From an uncultured Gemmatimonadales bacterium (GTDB lineage: Bacteria > Gemmatimonadota > Gemmatimonadetes > Gemmatimonadales > Gemmatimonadaceae): DNA of 64,000 bases. The DNA lies in assembly GCA_963707505.1 (NCBI GenBank), contig CAVPQB010000003.1, positions 416,001-480,000 on the forward strand. Direction: 5' to 3'. Both the position numbers and the translations under genes were made by a program. Positions 9,842-24,978 of this stretch are shown in pieces. Below the pieces are notes generated by a model. That model made no database searches. It was given only the letters and a program-made list of their open reading frames with translations, and was not told where the DNA came from. Numbering within the stretch: the stretch's first letter is position 1; every line of letters begins with the position of its first letter.

Positions 9842-10145
9842 AAAGCGCACGCCAGAAAAGATCTCCGATGCGCTCAGTTTCTACCTCAAGGAGGCCGGGC
9901 TGGACGTCCGCATGGTCCAGTCCGCAGTCGTTCCGGAGTGGGCTGATCTGGTAGGGCGCGACATCGCGGCCGTGACCGAGCCTCTGTTCGTGACGCCCGA
10001 CGGATCGCTCTTTGTGGCGGTCCGGACCAACGCCTGGATGACCGAGTTGCAGCTCATGGAGCCGCAGCTCGTGCGAGCGCTGAACACCGATCCATCGCGC
10101 CCGCGGGTGCGAAAACTCCGATTCCAGTTGGCACGCCCCGCCTGA
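9831..10145 (+). CDS. DUF721/DciA family protein
   Basis: WADLVG..IA..LFVAV..AWMTEL; canonical position between recF and gyrB. Confidence 0.88.
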   Translation: MSSKKRTPEKISDALSFYLKEAGLDVRMVQSAVVPEWADLVGRDIAAVTEPLFVTPDGSLFVAVRTNAWMTELQLMEPQLVRALNTDPSRPRVRKLRFQLARPA

Positions 10146-10192
10146 TTGCCGCAAGTCGTTGCCGCACAATAGCTTACAGCGTGCCGGAAAGG

Positions 10193-10221
10193 TTGCGAAG
10201 CGTGCCCGCCCGGGTTATATT
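10193..10221 (+). promoter_or_regulatory. Sigma70-like promoter for gyrB
   Basis: TTGCGA-17 nt-TATATT, 70 nt upstream of the start. Confidence 0.6.
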
Positions 10222-10291
10222 ATAGAGTCTGCGGCACCGTTTCCTTCGGTATTTGTTCGGTAGCCGTCCCACGCCAATTTTGGTCGCGTAA

Positions 10292-12241
<1,950 letters not shown>

Positions 12242-12256
12242 CGCACCCAGATAAAA

Positions 12257-12324
12257 CGAGTCAGATAACGCAAGAGCCCAGCAGTCTTCTATTGATTGCT
12301 GGGCTCTTGCAGTTATCTGACTCG
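12257..12324 (+). terminator. Long hairpin after gyrB, probable terminator
   Basis: Arms CGAGTCAGATAACGCAAGAGCCCAGCAGTC / GATTGCTGGGCTCTTGCAGTTATCTGACTCG, about 30 bp with one bulge. Confidence 0.7.
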
Positions 12325-12461
12325 CAATACGAGCGACGCCTCTTGAAGCAGCGAATCGCTCCCGCTCGCTCATCACCGCTTACGCTCGCCCCCACTCCCC
12401 CGCCCTATACTCGGCGCGTATCACTCATCCGATCCGCCGCTGACGCGGCAGGAGTGTCATA

Positions 12462-12998
12462 ATGCAGATAGTAATTCGCCGAATGTTGCTCGCGGCGCAG
12501 TTGATCGCCGCCGCTGTACTCGCAACGCCAGCCCGCGCGCAGTCCAGCGCGTCAGGCTCGATCGCCATCACCGCGCAGGTAGTCGCGCCACTCCAGCTCA
12601 TCGTAACACACGCACTCGATTTCGGCCGCATGCTCACAGCCACTACCAAGACCATCGCTCCGAGCGCGGCGACGGGCGGGCGGTTCGAGCTCATCGGTCA
12701 GGGCGGCTCCGCAGTCACCGTGACACTGGCGATGCCGTCGCAGCTCAATCCGCCGTCCGGAACCAATCTGCCGATCACCAACTGGACCTACTTGATCAGC
12801 GACAACCCGACCCTGGCCGGAACGCCGGTCGCATTCAACTCGGGAACCAGCGACCCGATCGCCGCGCACTTTCAGACGTTCACAGGAACGACGAAGTTGT
12901 ACTTCGGAATCGGCGCGACGGTGCAGGCCTCCGCAGCCCAACCCACCACGGCTTACACGGGCACCGGCCAGATTACGGTCGCGTACTCCGATCTGTGA
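12462..12998 (+). CDS. Secreted DUF4402/fimbrial-subunit-like protein
   Basis: AGGAG RBS; signal peptide to ARA-Q; ITAQVVAPLQL..LDFG; C-terminus YTGTGQITVAY. Confidence 0.75.
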   Translation: MQIVIRRMLLAAQLIAAAVLATPARAQSSASGSIAITAQVVAPLQLIVTHALDFGRMLTATTKTIAPSAATGGRFELIGQGGSAVTVTLAMPSQLNPPSGTNLPITNWTYLISDNPTLAGTPVAFNSGTSDPIAAHFQTFTGTTKLYFGIGATVQASAAQPTTAYTGTGQITVAYSDL

Positions 12999-13858
12999 GG
13001 CTGCGTCTCGTCGGTGGCCGAGCGGCCAAGACTGGAGTCGCATGGTGCGCGCTCGGCAGGCTTGCCGGTGCACAGGTTGCCGGAATAGGCGTCGATCCGC
13101 ACATGGTCGTGTTGACGCCAGCCCGTCCTGCCGGAGAGATAACGGTGCTGAACCCGCACGCAACGCGTGCGGAGTTCAGCGTCGATCTGCGGTTTGGTTA
13201 CGCGACTACGGATTCGTCAGGACAGCTACGCGTCGAGTTGAACGACGAGCCGGATAACGCGAGCGCGGCAGGATGGATCGTTCCATATCCCAGTCGATTT
13301 GCACTGAAGCCGGGCGCGACGCGCACCGTTCGGCTCCTCGCCCGACCGCCAGCAGCGCTTGCGGATGGCGAGTACTGGGCTCGTATCACCGTTCACGCGC
13401 GCGACGACGCATCGCCCATTCCGATCGATACGGCCGATACGACCTCACCGCACCTGCATATCGCAATGGAGACCGCAACGGTTCTTCCGGTATTCTTCCG
13501 CAAGGGCACTGTTTCCACCGGCGTCACAATCGGATCGGTAGACGCCGTCGCACGACGCGGTGTGATCGACGTGCGCGCAGCACTCACGCGCAATGGCAAC
13601 GGTGCATTCATTGGTGTGGCCCATCTCGTCGTGCACGACTCCGCGGGCCATCTCGTCGCGACCGCCGATCGCCAGATCGCGGTTTATCGCACCATGCGGC
13701 CACGCTGGACGATCACGATCCCGCCTGGAGCGTCACTCGACGGAAACTCGGTCGCTGTATCGCTTTCCACGGATCGCCATGACGTACCGCGCGGCCTGCT
13801 ACTGCAGGCCGGCCCCGTGGCGACCGTCATTGCCGCAAGAAGAGAGGAAGCGCCGTGA
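12995..13858 (+). CDS. Fimbrial chaperone-like (PapD-fold-like) protein
   Basis: VDPHMVVL..ITVLN..WIVPYPSRFALKPGATRTVRL..DGEYWARI..LPVFFRKG; overlaps upstream stop. Confidence 0.65.
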   Translation: MRLRLVGGRAAKTGVAWCALGRLAGAQVAGIGVDPHMVVLTPARPAGEITVLNPHATRAEFSVDLRFGYATTDSSGQLRVELNDEPDNASAAGWIVPYPSRFALKPGATRTVRLLARPPAALADGEYWARITVHARDDASPIPIDTADTTSPHLHIAMETATVLPVFFRKGTVSTGVTIGSVDAVARRGVIDVRAALTRNGNGAFIGVAHLVVHDSAGHLVATADRQIAVYRTMRPRWTITIPPGASLDGNSVAVSLSTDRHDVPRGLLLQAGPVATVIAARREEAP

Positions 13859-13864
13859 CGCTGC

Positions 13865-15193
13865 TTAGCGGAGCTGCTCGACCGCATCCGACGTTATTCG
13901 ATGTGATACCAGCGGTAAGACATCGACCGGCGCATCACCGATCAACATCGCGGTATCGAGTACGCTGCGCCCTATCGCCGCGCCGGCATCGTCCGCTGCG
14001 TGAATGATTGCAATCACGTCGCCTTCTGTAACTGTAGCGTTCGGCTTGACCAATATGTCGAAGCCGACAGCCGGATCGATGACGTCGTGTATTGCACGCC
14101 GCCCGCCGCCAAGCGCGACAACACCGTGACCAATCGTACGCGGTTCCACGCGCTGCACGATCCCGTCGCGCGATGCACGATACTCGGCACGCAGTGGCGA
14201 CGACGGAAGCAGTGACACATCGTCGACGACGCGTGGGTCGCCACCCTGTGCCGCGATTATGGCTCGGAAGCGCTCTGCAGCCCTGCCACTCGTGATCGCT
14301 TCGCGCATTCGCAGGTGAGCATCCTGATGCGTGATTGCGACACCGGCGAGCAGCAGCATCTCAGCGCCCAGCGCATACGTCACTGTAGCGAGGTCCTCGG
14401 GGGGATCGCCGCGCAGAAACTCGATCGCCTCGCGCACCTCTATCGCGTTGCCGCACGCGTTTCCGAGCGGACGGTCCATTGCCGTGACGAGCGCGACTAC
14501 AGGACAGCCGCGATCGGCGCCCAGCTCGATCATCGTCTTCGCAAGCTCGATCTCGCGATCCAGCTCGGGAAGAAAGGCGCCGCTCCCACTCTTGATGTCG
14601 AGTACCAGCCCGGTCAGTCCTTCAGCGAGCTTCTTGCTCATTATGCTCGCCGAGATGAGCGGGATCGCCTCGACGGTTCCCGTCGCGTCGCGGAGTGCGT
14701 ACAACTTCCTGTCCGCCGGCGCGATCTCACCGGTTTGCCCGATCAGCGCACAGCCGATGCGATCGAGCTGCGCACGCGCGGCCGCAAGCGATAGATCGGT
14801 TCGAAATCCGGGGATCGATTCCAGCTTGTCGAGCGTACCACCAGTGTGACCGAGGCCGCGGCCCGACATCATCGGCACCGCCACACCGAGCTCGGCGATC
14901 AGGGGGGCAAGTACCAGCGACACCTTGTCGCCCACGCCGCCGGTGGAATGCTTGTCGAGACGGGGCACGGTCATGTCCGACAGATCCAGCCTGGCGCCGC
15001 TGCTGAGCATCGCATCGGTCAGCGCGTCGGTTTCGGTACGCGTCATGCCGCGAAAGAAGACCGCCATCAACAGCGCCGACATCTGATAATCCGGCACGTC
15101 GCCTGCCGAATACGTGTATATGAGCTCGCGCCATTCGGACGACGTAAGATTGTCGCCGTCGCGCTTGCGCTCGATAAGCCGTGGAACGATCAT
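13865..15193 (-). CDS. pdp: Pyrimidine-nucleoside/thymidine phosphorylase
   Basis: DKHSTGGVGDK, SGRGLGHTGGTLDKLESIPG, YALRDATGTV, SIMSKK. Confidence 0.95.
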   Translation of the reverse strand: MIVPRLIERKRDGDNLTSSEWRELIYTYSAGDVPDYQMSALLMAVFFRGMTRTETDALTDAMLSSGARLDLSDMTVPRLDKHSTGGVGDKVSLVLAPLIAELGVAVPMMSGRGLGHTGGTLDKLESIPGFRTDLSLAAARAQLDRIGCALIGQTGEIAPADRKLYALRDATGTVEAIPLISASIMSKKLAEGLTGLVLDIKSGSGAFLPELDREIELAKTMIELGADRGCPVVALVTAMDRPLGNACGNAIEVREAIEFLRGDPPEDLATVTYALGAEMLLLAGVAITHQDAHLRMREAITSGRAAERFRAIIAAQGGDPRVVDDVSLLPSSPLRAEYRASRDGIVQRVEPRTIGHGVVALGGGRRAIHDVIDPAVGFDILVKPNATVTEGDVIAIIHAADDAGAAIGRSVLDTAMLIGDAPVDVLPLVSHRITSDAVEQLR

Positions 15194-15236
15194 CGGGGTA
15201 TTCTAAGCAACGTTTACGCTCTTGGAGATGCCAATC

Positions 15237-16007
15237 ATGGTTCGTAAGCTCGCGGCGACCGGATTCATCGCGCTGTCCCTGGCCATCCCGGGACTTTCGG
15301 CCGGTGCCCAGTCTGCGGTTGCGTGGGTATCGCGCGGCGATACGGCATACGATGCCCGCAACGCGACTGCGGCACTGGAGGCATATCAAAAAGCGCTCGC
15401 GATCGACCCTAACAACTACGACGCGTCGTGGCGTGCGGCGCGCTCGCAGGTCGACCTCGCGCTGACCGAATCAGACGCGGACAAGCGGAGCGCGATGTAC
15501 AAGGCAGCACAGGACGAGGCCGCGCATGCCGTTCAGGTCAACCCCTCCGGCGCAGACGGTCACTTCGTATCCGCCGAAGCGCTTGGACGCATGGCGCTCA
15601 CACTTGGCGCTCGCGATCGTGTGAAATACGCAGGTAAGGTTCGCGACCAGGCAATGGAATGCCTCAGGATCGAGCCGAAGCACGCCGGATGCCTGCACGT
15701 GATGGGAGTCTGGAACGCCGAAGTCATGCGCCTCAATGGCTTCACACGCATGATCGCGCGCAACTTCCTCGGCGGTCAGGTCTTCAGCCAGGCAAGCTGG
15801 GCCAACGCGCGGAGCTATCTGGAGCAGGCAGTGACCAACGATCCACGCCGGATCGTGCATCGCCTTGATCTCGCGAAGGTATACGTCGACATGGGTCTCC
15901 CGTCACTTGCGAAAACGGAATATCAGGCCGTCGTTTCGGGCGAGCTTGTGGATTACAACGATCCCAGGTACAAGGCCGAAGCGGCAGAGGCGTTGAAGAA
16001 GCTCTAG
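15237..16007 (+). CDS. Secreted tetratricopeptide-repeat protein
   Basis: Signal peptide; ALEAYQKALAIDPNNYDA-type helical repeats. Confidence 0.8.
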   Translation: MVRKLAATGFIALSLAIPGLSAGAQSAVAWVSRGDTAYDARNATAALEAYQKALAIDPNNYDASWRAARSQVDLALTESDADKRSAMYKAAQDEAAHAVQVNPSGADGHFVSAEALGRMALTLGARDRVKYAGKVRDQAMECLRIEPKHAGCLHVMGVWNAEVMRLNGFTRMIARNFLGGQVFSQASWANARSYLEQAVTNDPRRIVHRLDLAKVYVDMGLPSLAKTEYQAVVSGELVDYNDPRYKAEAAEALKKL

Positions 16008-16033
16008 TGCGAAAGTGGCGTCAGAGTGATCTT

Positions 16034-16411
16034 TCACGCTTGCCGTGAAAGATCACTCTGACGCCACTTTCCTTCTACGTTGCGTTTCCGCGCTGCCTTG
16101 TTCAACTCCGTGCCAAGTTGCTCCCATGGACTGCGGCGCCACGGCCGACGACGCCTGAGCTCCCGACTCAGGGCTAGCCGCGTGTGGGCCCCGGACTGCG
16201 GCGCCACCAGAAGCGCAATGCCGGCGCCCAGTACCACACCGGCGGCGATCCCGGCACCGACCAGGGCGACCGAGCGCCAATCCGCCTCGCGCCTGAATGG
16301 CCGGCCGCGTGGGATAGTGGCGGGGCGCGTTTTGCGCCTGAGTTTTGGTCTCCAGAAGCGCCGCAAGCGCACGCCAGATGTTTCTTCGGGGGAATCGTGG
16401 ATAGTATCCAT
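16034..16411 (-). CDS. YtxH-like membrane-anchored protein
   Basis: GIAAGVVLGAGIALLVAPQSGAHTR. Confidence 0.7.
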   Translation of the reverse strand: MDTIHDSPEETSGVRLRRFWRPKLRRKTRPATIPRGRPFRREADWRSVALVGAGIAAGVVLGAGIALLVAPQSGAHTRLALSRELRRRRPWRRSPWEQLGTELNKAARKRNVEGKWRQSDLSRQA

Positions 16412-16481
16412 TAGTCTTGTGAGAACTGAAGCTGGTAAGAATCTTGCTTGAGACGGCGTGCAATACCCGTGCGAGGAGTGG

Positions 16482-16860
16482 ATGAGCGAATCTGGAAAGT
16501 TAGTGTTACTCGTAGAAGACAACGAAGACAACCGGATCGTCTACTCGACGATTCTCAAGCATTTCGGCTATAGTGTCATCGAGGCGTTGAACGGAGAGGA
16601 GGGCATCGCAAAGGCGCGAGCCCAGCAACCCGATCTCGTCCTGATGGACATTTCTATACCCGTAATCGACGGTTGGGAGGCCACGCAGGTGTTGAAGCAC
16701 GACCCCGCGACCAGGCACATCCCGATCATCGCGCTCACAGCCCACGCCCTGGCGTCTGACCGCGAGAAGGCAATGGAAGTTGGCTGCGATGGCTACCTTG
16801 CCAAGCCCTGTGAGCCTCGCGCAGTTGTCGCCGAAGTTCAGCGATTCCTTGGTCGGCCTG

Positions 16861-16871
<11 letters not shown>
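16482..16871 (+). CDS. Single-domain response regulator, DivK-like
   Basis: GAGGAG RBS; LLVEDN, LMDISIPVIDGWEA, IIALTAHA, GCDGYLAKP. Confidence 0.92.
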
Positions 16872-20407
<3,536 letters not shown>

Positions 20408-20448
20408 CGGACCAGGCGGAAGACGGAAGTTGGTCATCCTCCCCATCC

Positions 20449-20973
20449 CTACCCGTTCAACAACTCCCGATAAACCGGATTCGGAACGAGCGTTCCATCC
20501 ACGATTACCTCGCGATCCCACGGTAGCACCACCGCACTCTCCGTCGCCAACGCGTGGTAGTCCGGCTCATAACTCCCCGTCCGAAAGCAAACAGCCGTTC
20601 TCACTTCGACCGCACCCGCGTGATGCAACGCTGCTATCGCCAACCGCAGCGTATCCCCGCCGTCACACGTCTCATCCACCAGTAGTACTCGGCGATTGAG
20701 CGCCTGTGGCGGCGCCTCGCCAAAAACAGCTGGCGTCTCCCGGATGACCTCCGAGTGGTATTTCCGGCTCACCAGAATCGAGTGAAAGTCGCGCCCCAGC
20801 ATCGCCGCGACGACCGCGCCCGGCACCACACCGGCCGTAGCGACGCCCACAACGATATCCGGCTGATATGCACGCGCGACCTTGAGCGCGAGACCGCGGG
20901 AAAGCTCGCCGAAGAGGGGCCACTCGACCACGAGGACCCCGCGCGCCGGATCGATGGATGTGCGTCGAGGCAT
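20449..20973 (-). CDS. Phosphoribosyltransferase family protein
   Basis: VVGVATAGVVPG, PRPP loop VLLVDETCDGGDTL, VLPWD. Confidence 0.88.
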   Translation of the reverse strand: MPRRTSIDPARGVLVVEWPLFGELSRGLALKVARAYQPDIVVGVATAGVVPGAVVAAMLGRDFHSILVSRKYHSEVIRETPAVFGEAPPQALNRRVLLVDETCDGGDTLRLAIAALHHAGAVEVRTAVCFRTGSYEPDYHALATESAVVLPWDREVIVDGTLVPNPVYRELLNG

Positions 20974-21018
20974 GCTAGCAAGCTAGCCCGAACCGTGCGT
21001 CCTCGATAGCTTCCCCTA

Positions 21019-21540
21019 ATGTCGTTCTGGAGCCGGCTAACCGGGAAAACTGTAGCACAGAAGCCACAAAAGCTGGACTACTTGAGCGAGGCTCTCGCGC
21101 TCGAGCGGCAGGGCGATTACGATGCTGCGCTAACGTCGTATCGTCTCGCGATGCGCGATCAACCGAGCAATTTCAAGGTGCTCCAGAACATGGCGATCGC
21201 ATACACCAAGGTCGGCCAGCCCGAGCAGGCTATCCGCTGTTACCGCGGTGCGCTTCACATCGAGCCGAGGTTGGCCGGCGCGCACTATGGACTCGCCTTT
21301 CTGTTGCTCAAGCGCGGTGACATCGCAGACGCTGCATACCATCTCGATGCGTTCCTGCTCGACGCACCCAAAAGTCCGGAAGCCACCCGCTGGGTCACGC
21401 ATGCAAGAGAGACGTTGGATGCGCTGCGGACCAGCGACGGTGACGTCCAGGACGTAACGGACGTAACGACGGAGTCCGTCGACGGCGATCTGGTGATGGA
21501 TCAACCGCCAATGGACCAGCCGCCAGAGGACGCGCAGTAG
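21019..21540 (+). CDS. Tetratricopeptide-repeat protein
   Basis: Three TPR-like units (GDYDAALTSYRLA, GQPEQAIRCYRGA, AHYGLAFLL); acidic tail. Confidence 0.85.
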   Translation: MSFWSRLTGKTVAQKPQKLDYLSEALALERQGDYDAALTSYRLAMRDQPSNFKVLQNMAIAYTKVGQPEQAIRCYRGALHIEPRLAGAHYGLAFLLLKRGDIADAAYHLDAFLLDAPKSPEATRWVTHARETLDALRTSDGDVQDVTDVTTESVDGDLVMDQPPMDQPPEDAQ

Positions 21541-22311
21541 GTGGGTTCAGTTCTCGCCGTCGTCAGCCAGAAGGGCGGCGTCGGCAAGACGACCACCGCG
21601 GTGAATCTCGCCGCCGCATTCGCGCGGCGCGGACTCAAGACGCTCATCATCGATGTCGACCCGCAAGGTGCCGTTCGTTACGGCGTGGGTCTGCGCAAGG
21701 ACCACTCCGTTTATGGCTTCGCCGACTATCTGAGCGGCGAGTGCGCCCTGCGCGACGTGATTCTCCCGACAATGCTGCCGTGGCTGCGTGTGATTCTTGC
21801 GGGCACGGTCACTGACGAAGCCGACCACCTCGCATATCAGAGCCTGGTCGCCGACTCGGAGCTGCTCCCCGAGTTGTTGGAAACGGCGCGCCAGCGCTGT
21901 CACGTAGTAGTCGTCGACACACCGCCGGGGCTCGGTCCCATCACACACAAGGTTCTGCTCGGAAGCCAGCACGTTGTGGTGCCGCTACAGTGCGAGCCGC
22001 TCGCGTTGCAGACCACACCGCAGATTCTTCGCGGGATTCAGAGCGTCGTCGAGCTCAACGAGCAGCTGATACTGGACGGGCTCATTCTCACGATGTACGA
22101 GCCGAACAATCCTGCCAGCGAGCGCGTCGTCGAGTACGTGCGGCAACACCTGCCCGCGAATATCGTGTTCCGCCAGCTCGTGCCGCGCACCGTCGCAGCG
22201 GCGGATGCGTTCGCTGCTGGTCAACCTGTCGTTACGCGCAGTCCTGCGGACGCCGCGGCGCAGGCGTATATCAACATCGCGACTTCGCTCGTCGAGCGAA
22301 TGGATGGCTGA
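21541..22311 (+). CDS. ParA/Soj family ATPase
   Basis: QKGGVGKTTTAVNLA, IDVDPQG, VDTPPGLG, VPLQCE. Confidence 0.93.
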   Translation: MGSVLAVVSQKGGVGKTTTAVNLAAAFARRGLKTLIIDVDPQGAVRYGVGLRKDHSVYGFADYLSGECALRDVILPTMLPWLRVILAGTVTDEADHLAYQSLVADSELLPELLETARQRCHVVVVDTPPGLGPITHKVLLGSQHVVVPLQCEPLALQTTPQILRGIQSVVELNEQLILDGLILTMYEPNNPASERVVEYVRQHLPANIVFRQLVPRTVAAADAFAAGQPVVTRSPADAAAQAYINIATSLVERMDG

Positions 22312-23110
22312 GCTGGTCCGCAAGGTGATGGCGCGCAACCGTGGTATTCCCGCGTTGATCGCGCTGCTGGTCGCCGCGAGCGTGGCGGGCGCTGGTGCGT
22401 GCGCGGAGATCAATACGGATCCGAATTTCGCGGCTGCGATCGCTATCGACACACTGCCATTCCCTTCGATCGTGGCGAACGACTCTCTGCGCGATTCGCT
22501 TGGGGTCGCTCGTCCGCTGCACGGCTCCGTGTTCAACATCGAGGGCGCCGCTCTCTCATCGATTGCGGTGAGCTTTCGCACACCCGACGCCGGCGCAAGG
22601 GTTGACAGTGTAACTGGATACGTCGTGGCAGACACGGCGCGGAGTACTCCTGTAAGAGTCATCGCTGTCTCTGGCACGTTGCAGTCCGCGCCGGACACCG
22701 TGTATATCGTTCCGCTGCCAGACACCGTGAGCACAACCAGTACGGCCGATTCGCTGCTGTACTCGCTCACAGATACGACGGCGAATATCTCGAATCCGTT
22801 GACGCTGCAAGTGGGCCATCGCGTTCCGGTCTCGACACCACTTCCGGTGCGCTCCTATCTCGTGAGCTACCGAATCGCCTATCCCAGCGATACGCTTCTG
22901 GCGCAGCTGGTGACGCGTGATGGTGCACGGAAATCGACTGTCGACACGACCGACGCGACCGGCACTTCGCAGCGCCGAATCCGGCTCCGGCCACTGAGTC
23001 TCACGAGTGTCAACGATTCCGTCGTGGTGATCGCGACAGTACGTTACCGTGGTATGCCCGTCGCTGGCGCACCCGTTCGATTTGTACTTCAGGTAAAGCC
23101 GCACCCGTAA
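22304..23110 (+). CDS. Lipoprotein with Ig-like beta-rich domains
   Basis: Hydrophobic signal ending AGAC; Thr/Ser/Val-rich; start 22304 or 22328. Confidence 0.65.
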   Translation: MAELVRKVMARNRGIPALIALLVAASVAGAGACAEINTDPNFAAAIAIDTLPFPSIVANDSLRDSLGVARPLHGSVFNIEGAALSSIAVSFRTPDAGARVDSVTGYVVADTARSTPVRVIAVSGTLQSAPDTVYIVPLPDTVSTTSTADSLLYSLTDTTANISNPLTLQVGHRVPVSTPLPVRSYLVSYRIAYPSDTLLAQLVTRDGARKSTVDTTDATGTSQRRIRLRPLSLTSVNDSVVVIATVRYRGMPVAGAPVRFVLQVKPHP

Positions 23111-23124
23111 AACTGGAGCTGTAG

Positions 23125-24978
23125 ATGCTCGTGGTGAACGGTGGACCACGCCCGGAGCCCGGTACCCTGAACCAACTGTTCTTTCAGGCGATCGAGCGGT
23201 ACGACAAGCCGGATGCGTTACAGGTGAAGATCGGAGGGCGCTACGAGCCCATTTCACATCGCGCGATGCTGGAGCGTGTGCGCCACGTCGCGTACGCGCT
23301 GGAATGGGTGGGAGTGAAGCCCGGCGATCGTGTCGCGATACTTTCGGAAAACCGCCCCGAGTGGGCGATTGCCGATTTCGCGTGCCTCACTACAGGCGTG
23401 ACCGACGTTGCGATCTATCCCACGCTACCGGATTCGCAGATCGCGTACATCCTGAAGGACTCGGGCGCCACCGCAATTTTCGTTTCGACCGCGGAACAGG
23501 CGCAGAAGCTTGCGACGATACGGCATCAGCTCCCAACGCTCAGGTGCGTCATAAGCTTCGATTCCGTGGAGTCGGGTCTGGCGGATTTCAGCATGGCGGA
23601 GTTCGAGCGACGCGGCGCGGAAGACGAGCCACCCGACGCTGCGGTGCGTCACCGCGAGCGCGCCTTGCAGGTACGGCCCGAAGACATTGCGACATTCCTG
23701 TACACGTCGGGCACCACCGGCGAGCCGAAGGGCGTCATGCTCACGCACGACAACATCTATTCCAACGTCACTGCATCGCGTGAGATGATCCCGTTCGCCG
23801 GTAATGACGTTGCACTCAGCTTCCTTCCGCTGTCGCACATTCTGGAGCGGATGGCGGGACACTATCTGATGTTCGCGACGGGAACTTCCATCGCATACGC
23901 GGAGTCCACGACGACAGTGCCCGACAACATGCTCGAAGTGCGCCCGACGCTCATGATATCTGTTCCGCGTCTGTACGAAAAGATGTACGGACGCGTTGTC
24001 GAAACCGGAATGACTGGCGGCGCGCTCAAGAAACGGATCTTCGTCTGGGCCCGCGCTACCGGCGAAAAGTGGGCGGACGTGAAGCTTGCCGGTGCAATAC
24101 CGCACGGTGTTCTCGCGATGCAATACTCGCTCGCGCAGAGGCTCGTCTTCTCCAAGCTCAAGACGCGCACGGGTGGACGGCTCAGATACATCGTATCCGG
24201 CGGTGCGCCGCTGTCTGCAGAGATCAACAAGTTCTTCTACGCTGCGGGTCTGACCATTCTCGAAGGCTACGGCCTCACGGAAACCTCTCCCGTGATCGCC
24301 GTGAACACGCCAAGTGCGTTCAGAATTGGAACCGTCGGCATGGCAATTCCAGGTGTGTCAATCTCCGTTGCGGAAGACGGCGAGATTCTGGTGCAGGGTC
24401 CCAACGTCATGACGGGCTACTACAACAAGCCGGCGATGACGAAGGAAGCGATCGATTCCGGCGGATGGTTTCATACCGGCGACATCGGCGTGCTGAAGGA
24501 CGGCTTTCTCACCATCACGGATCGCAAGAAGGATCTGCTCGTCACGGCCGGCGGAAAAAACATCGCGCCGCAGCCGATCGAAGCGCTGATGAAACGGAGC
24601 AAATTCGTCGCGGAAGCGGTGCTCATCGGCGACCGGCGCAAATTCCCGATGGCGCTGGTGGTTCCGGACTTCGACCAGTTGGAAAGGTGGGCGCGCTACA
24701 AGGGACTGACCTTCTCGGACCATGAAGGCCTGATCGCGCTTCCGGAAGCGCGCGCCAAGATGGAACGAGAGACGCTCTCGAGCCTCGGCGATCTCGCGCG
24801 CTTCGAGACACCCAAGAAGGTCACGCTGCTCCCGCAAGATTTCTCCGTGGACCGCGGCGAGCTTACACCGACGCTCAAGGTCAAGCGGCGCGTGATCGAC
24901 GATCACTACAGGCATCTGATCGACGCTGTCTATGCCGACGCCGATGCGGCTGGATCAGCGCCGGTGGAGAGCCACTAG
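23125..24978 (+). CDS. Long-chain fatty acid-CoA ligase
   Basis: YTSGTTGEPKGV, EGYGLTET, WFHTGDIG, ELTPTLKVKR. Confidence 0.93.
   Translation: MLVVNGGPRPEPGTLNQLFFQAIERYDKPDALQVKIGGRYEPISHRAMLERVRHVAYALEWVGVKPGDRVAILSENRPEWAIADFACLTTGVTDVAIYPTLPDSQIAYILKDSGATAIFVSTAEQAQKLATIRHQLPTLRCVISFDSVESGLADFSMAEFERRGAEDEPPDAAVRHRERALQVRPEDIATFLYTSGTTGEPKGVMLTHDNIYSNVTASREMIPFAGNDVALSFLPLSHILERMAGHYLMFATGTSIAYAESTTTVPDNMLEVRPTLMISVPRLYEKMYGRVVETGMTGGALKKRIFVWARATGEKWADVKLAGAIPHGVLAMQYSLAQRLVFSKLKTRTGGRLRYIVSGGAPLSAEINKFFYAAGLTILEGYGLTETSPVIAVNTPSAFRIGTVGMAIPGVSISVAEDGEILVQGPNVMTGYYNKPAMTKEAIDSGGWFHTGDIGVLKDGFLTITDRKKDLLVTAGGKNIAPQPIEALMKRSKFVAEAVLIGDRRKFPMALVVPDFDQLERWARYKGLTFSDHEGLIALPEARAKMERETLSSLGDLARFETPKKVTLLPQDFSVDRGELTPTLKVKRRVIDDHYRHLIDAVYADADAAGSAPVESH

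Noticed and set aside
21440..21530. Short tandem repeats (DVT twice, MDQPP twice) in the TPR tail
   Set aside because: Two-copy low-complexity coding repeats, not an array.
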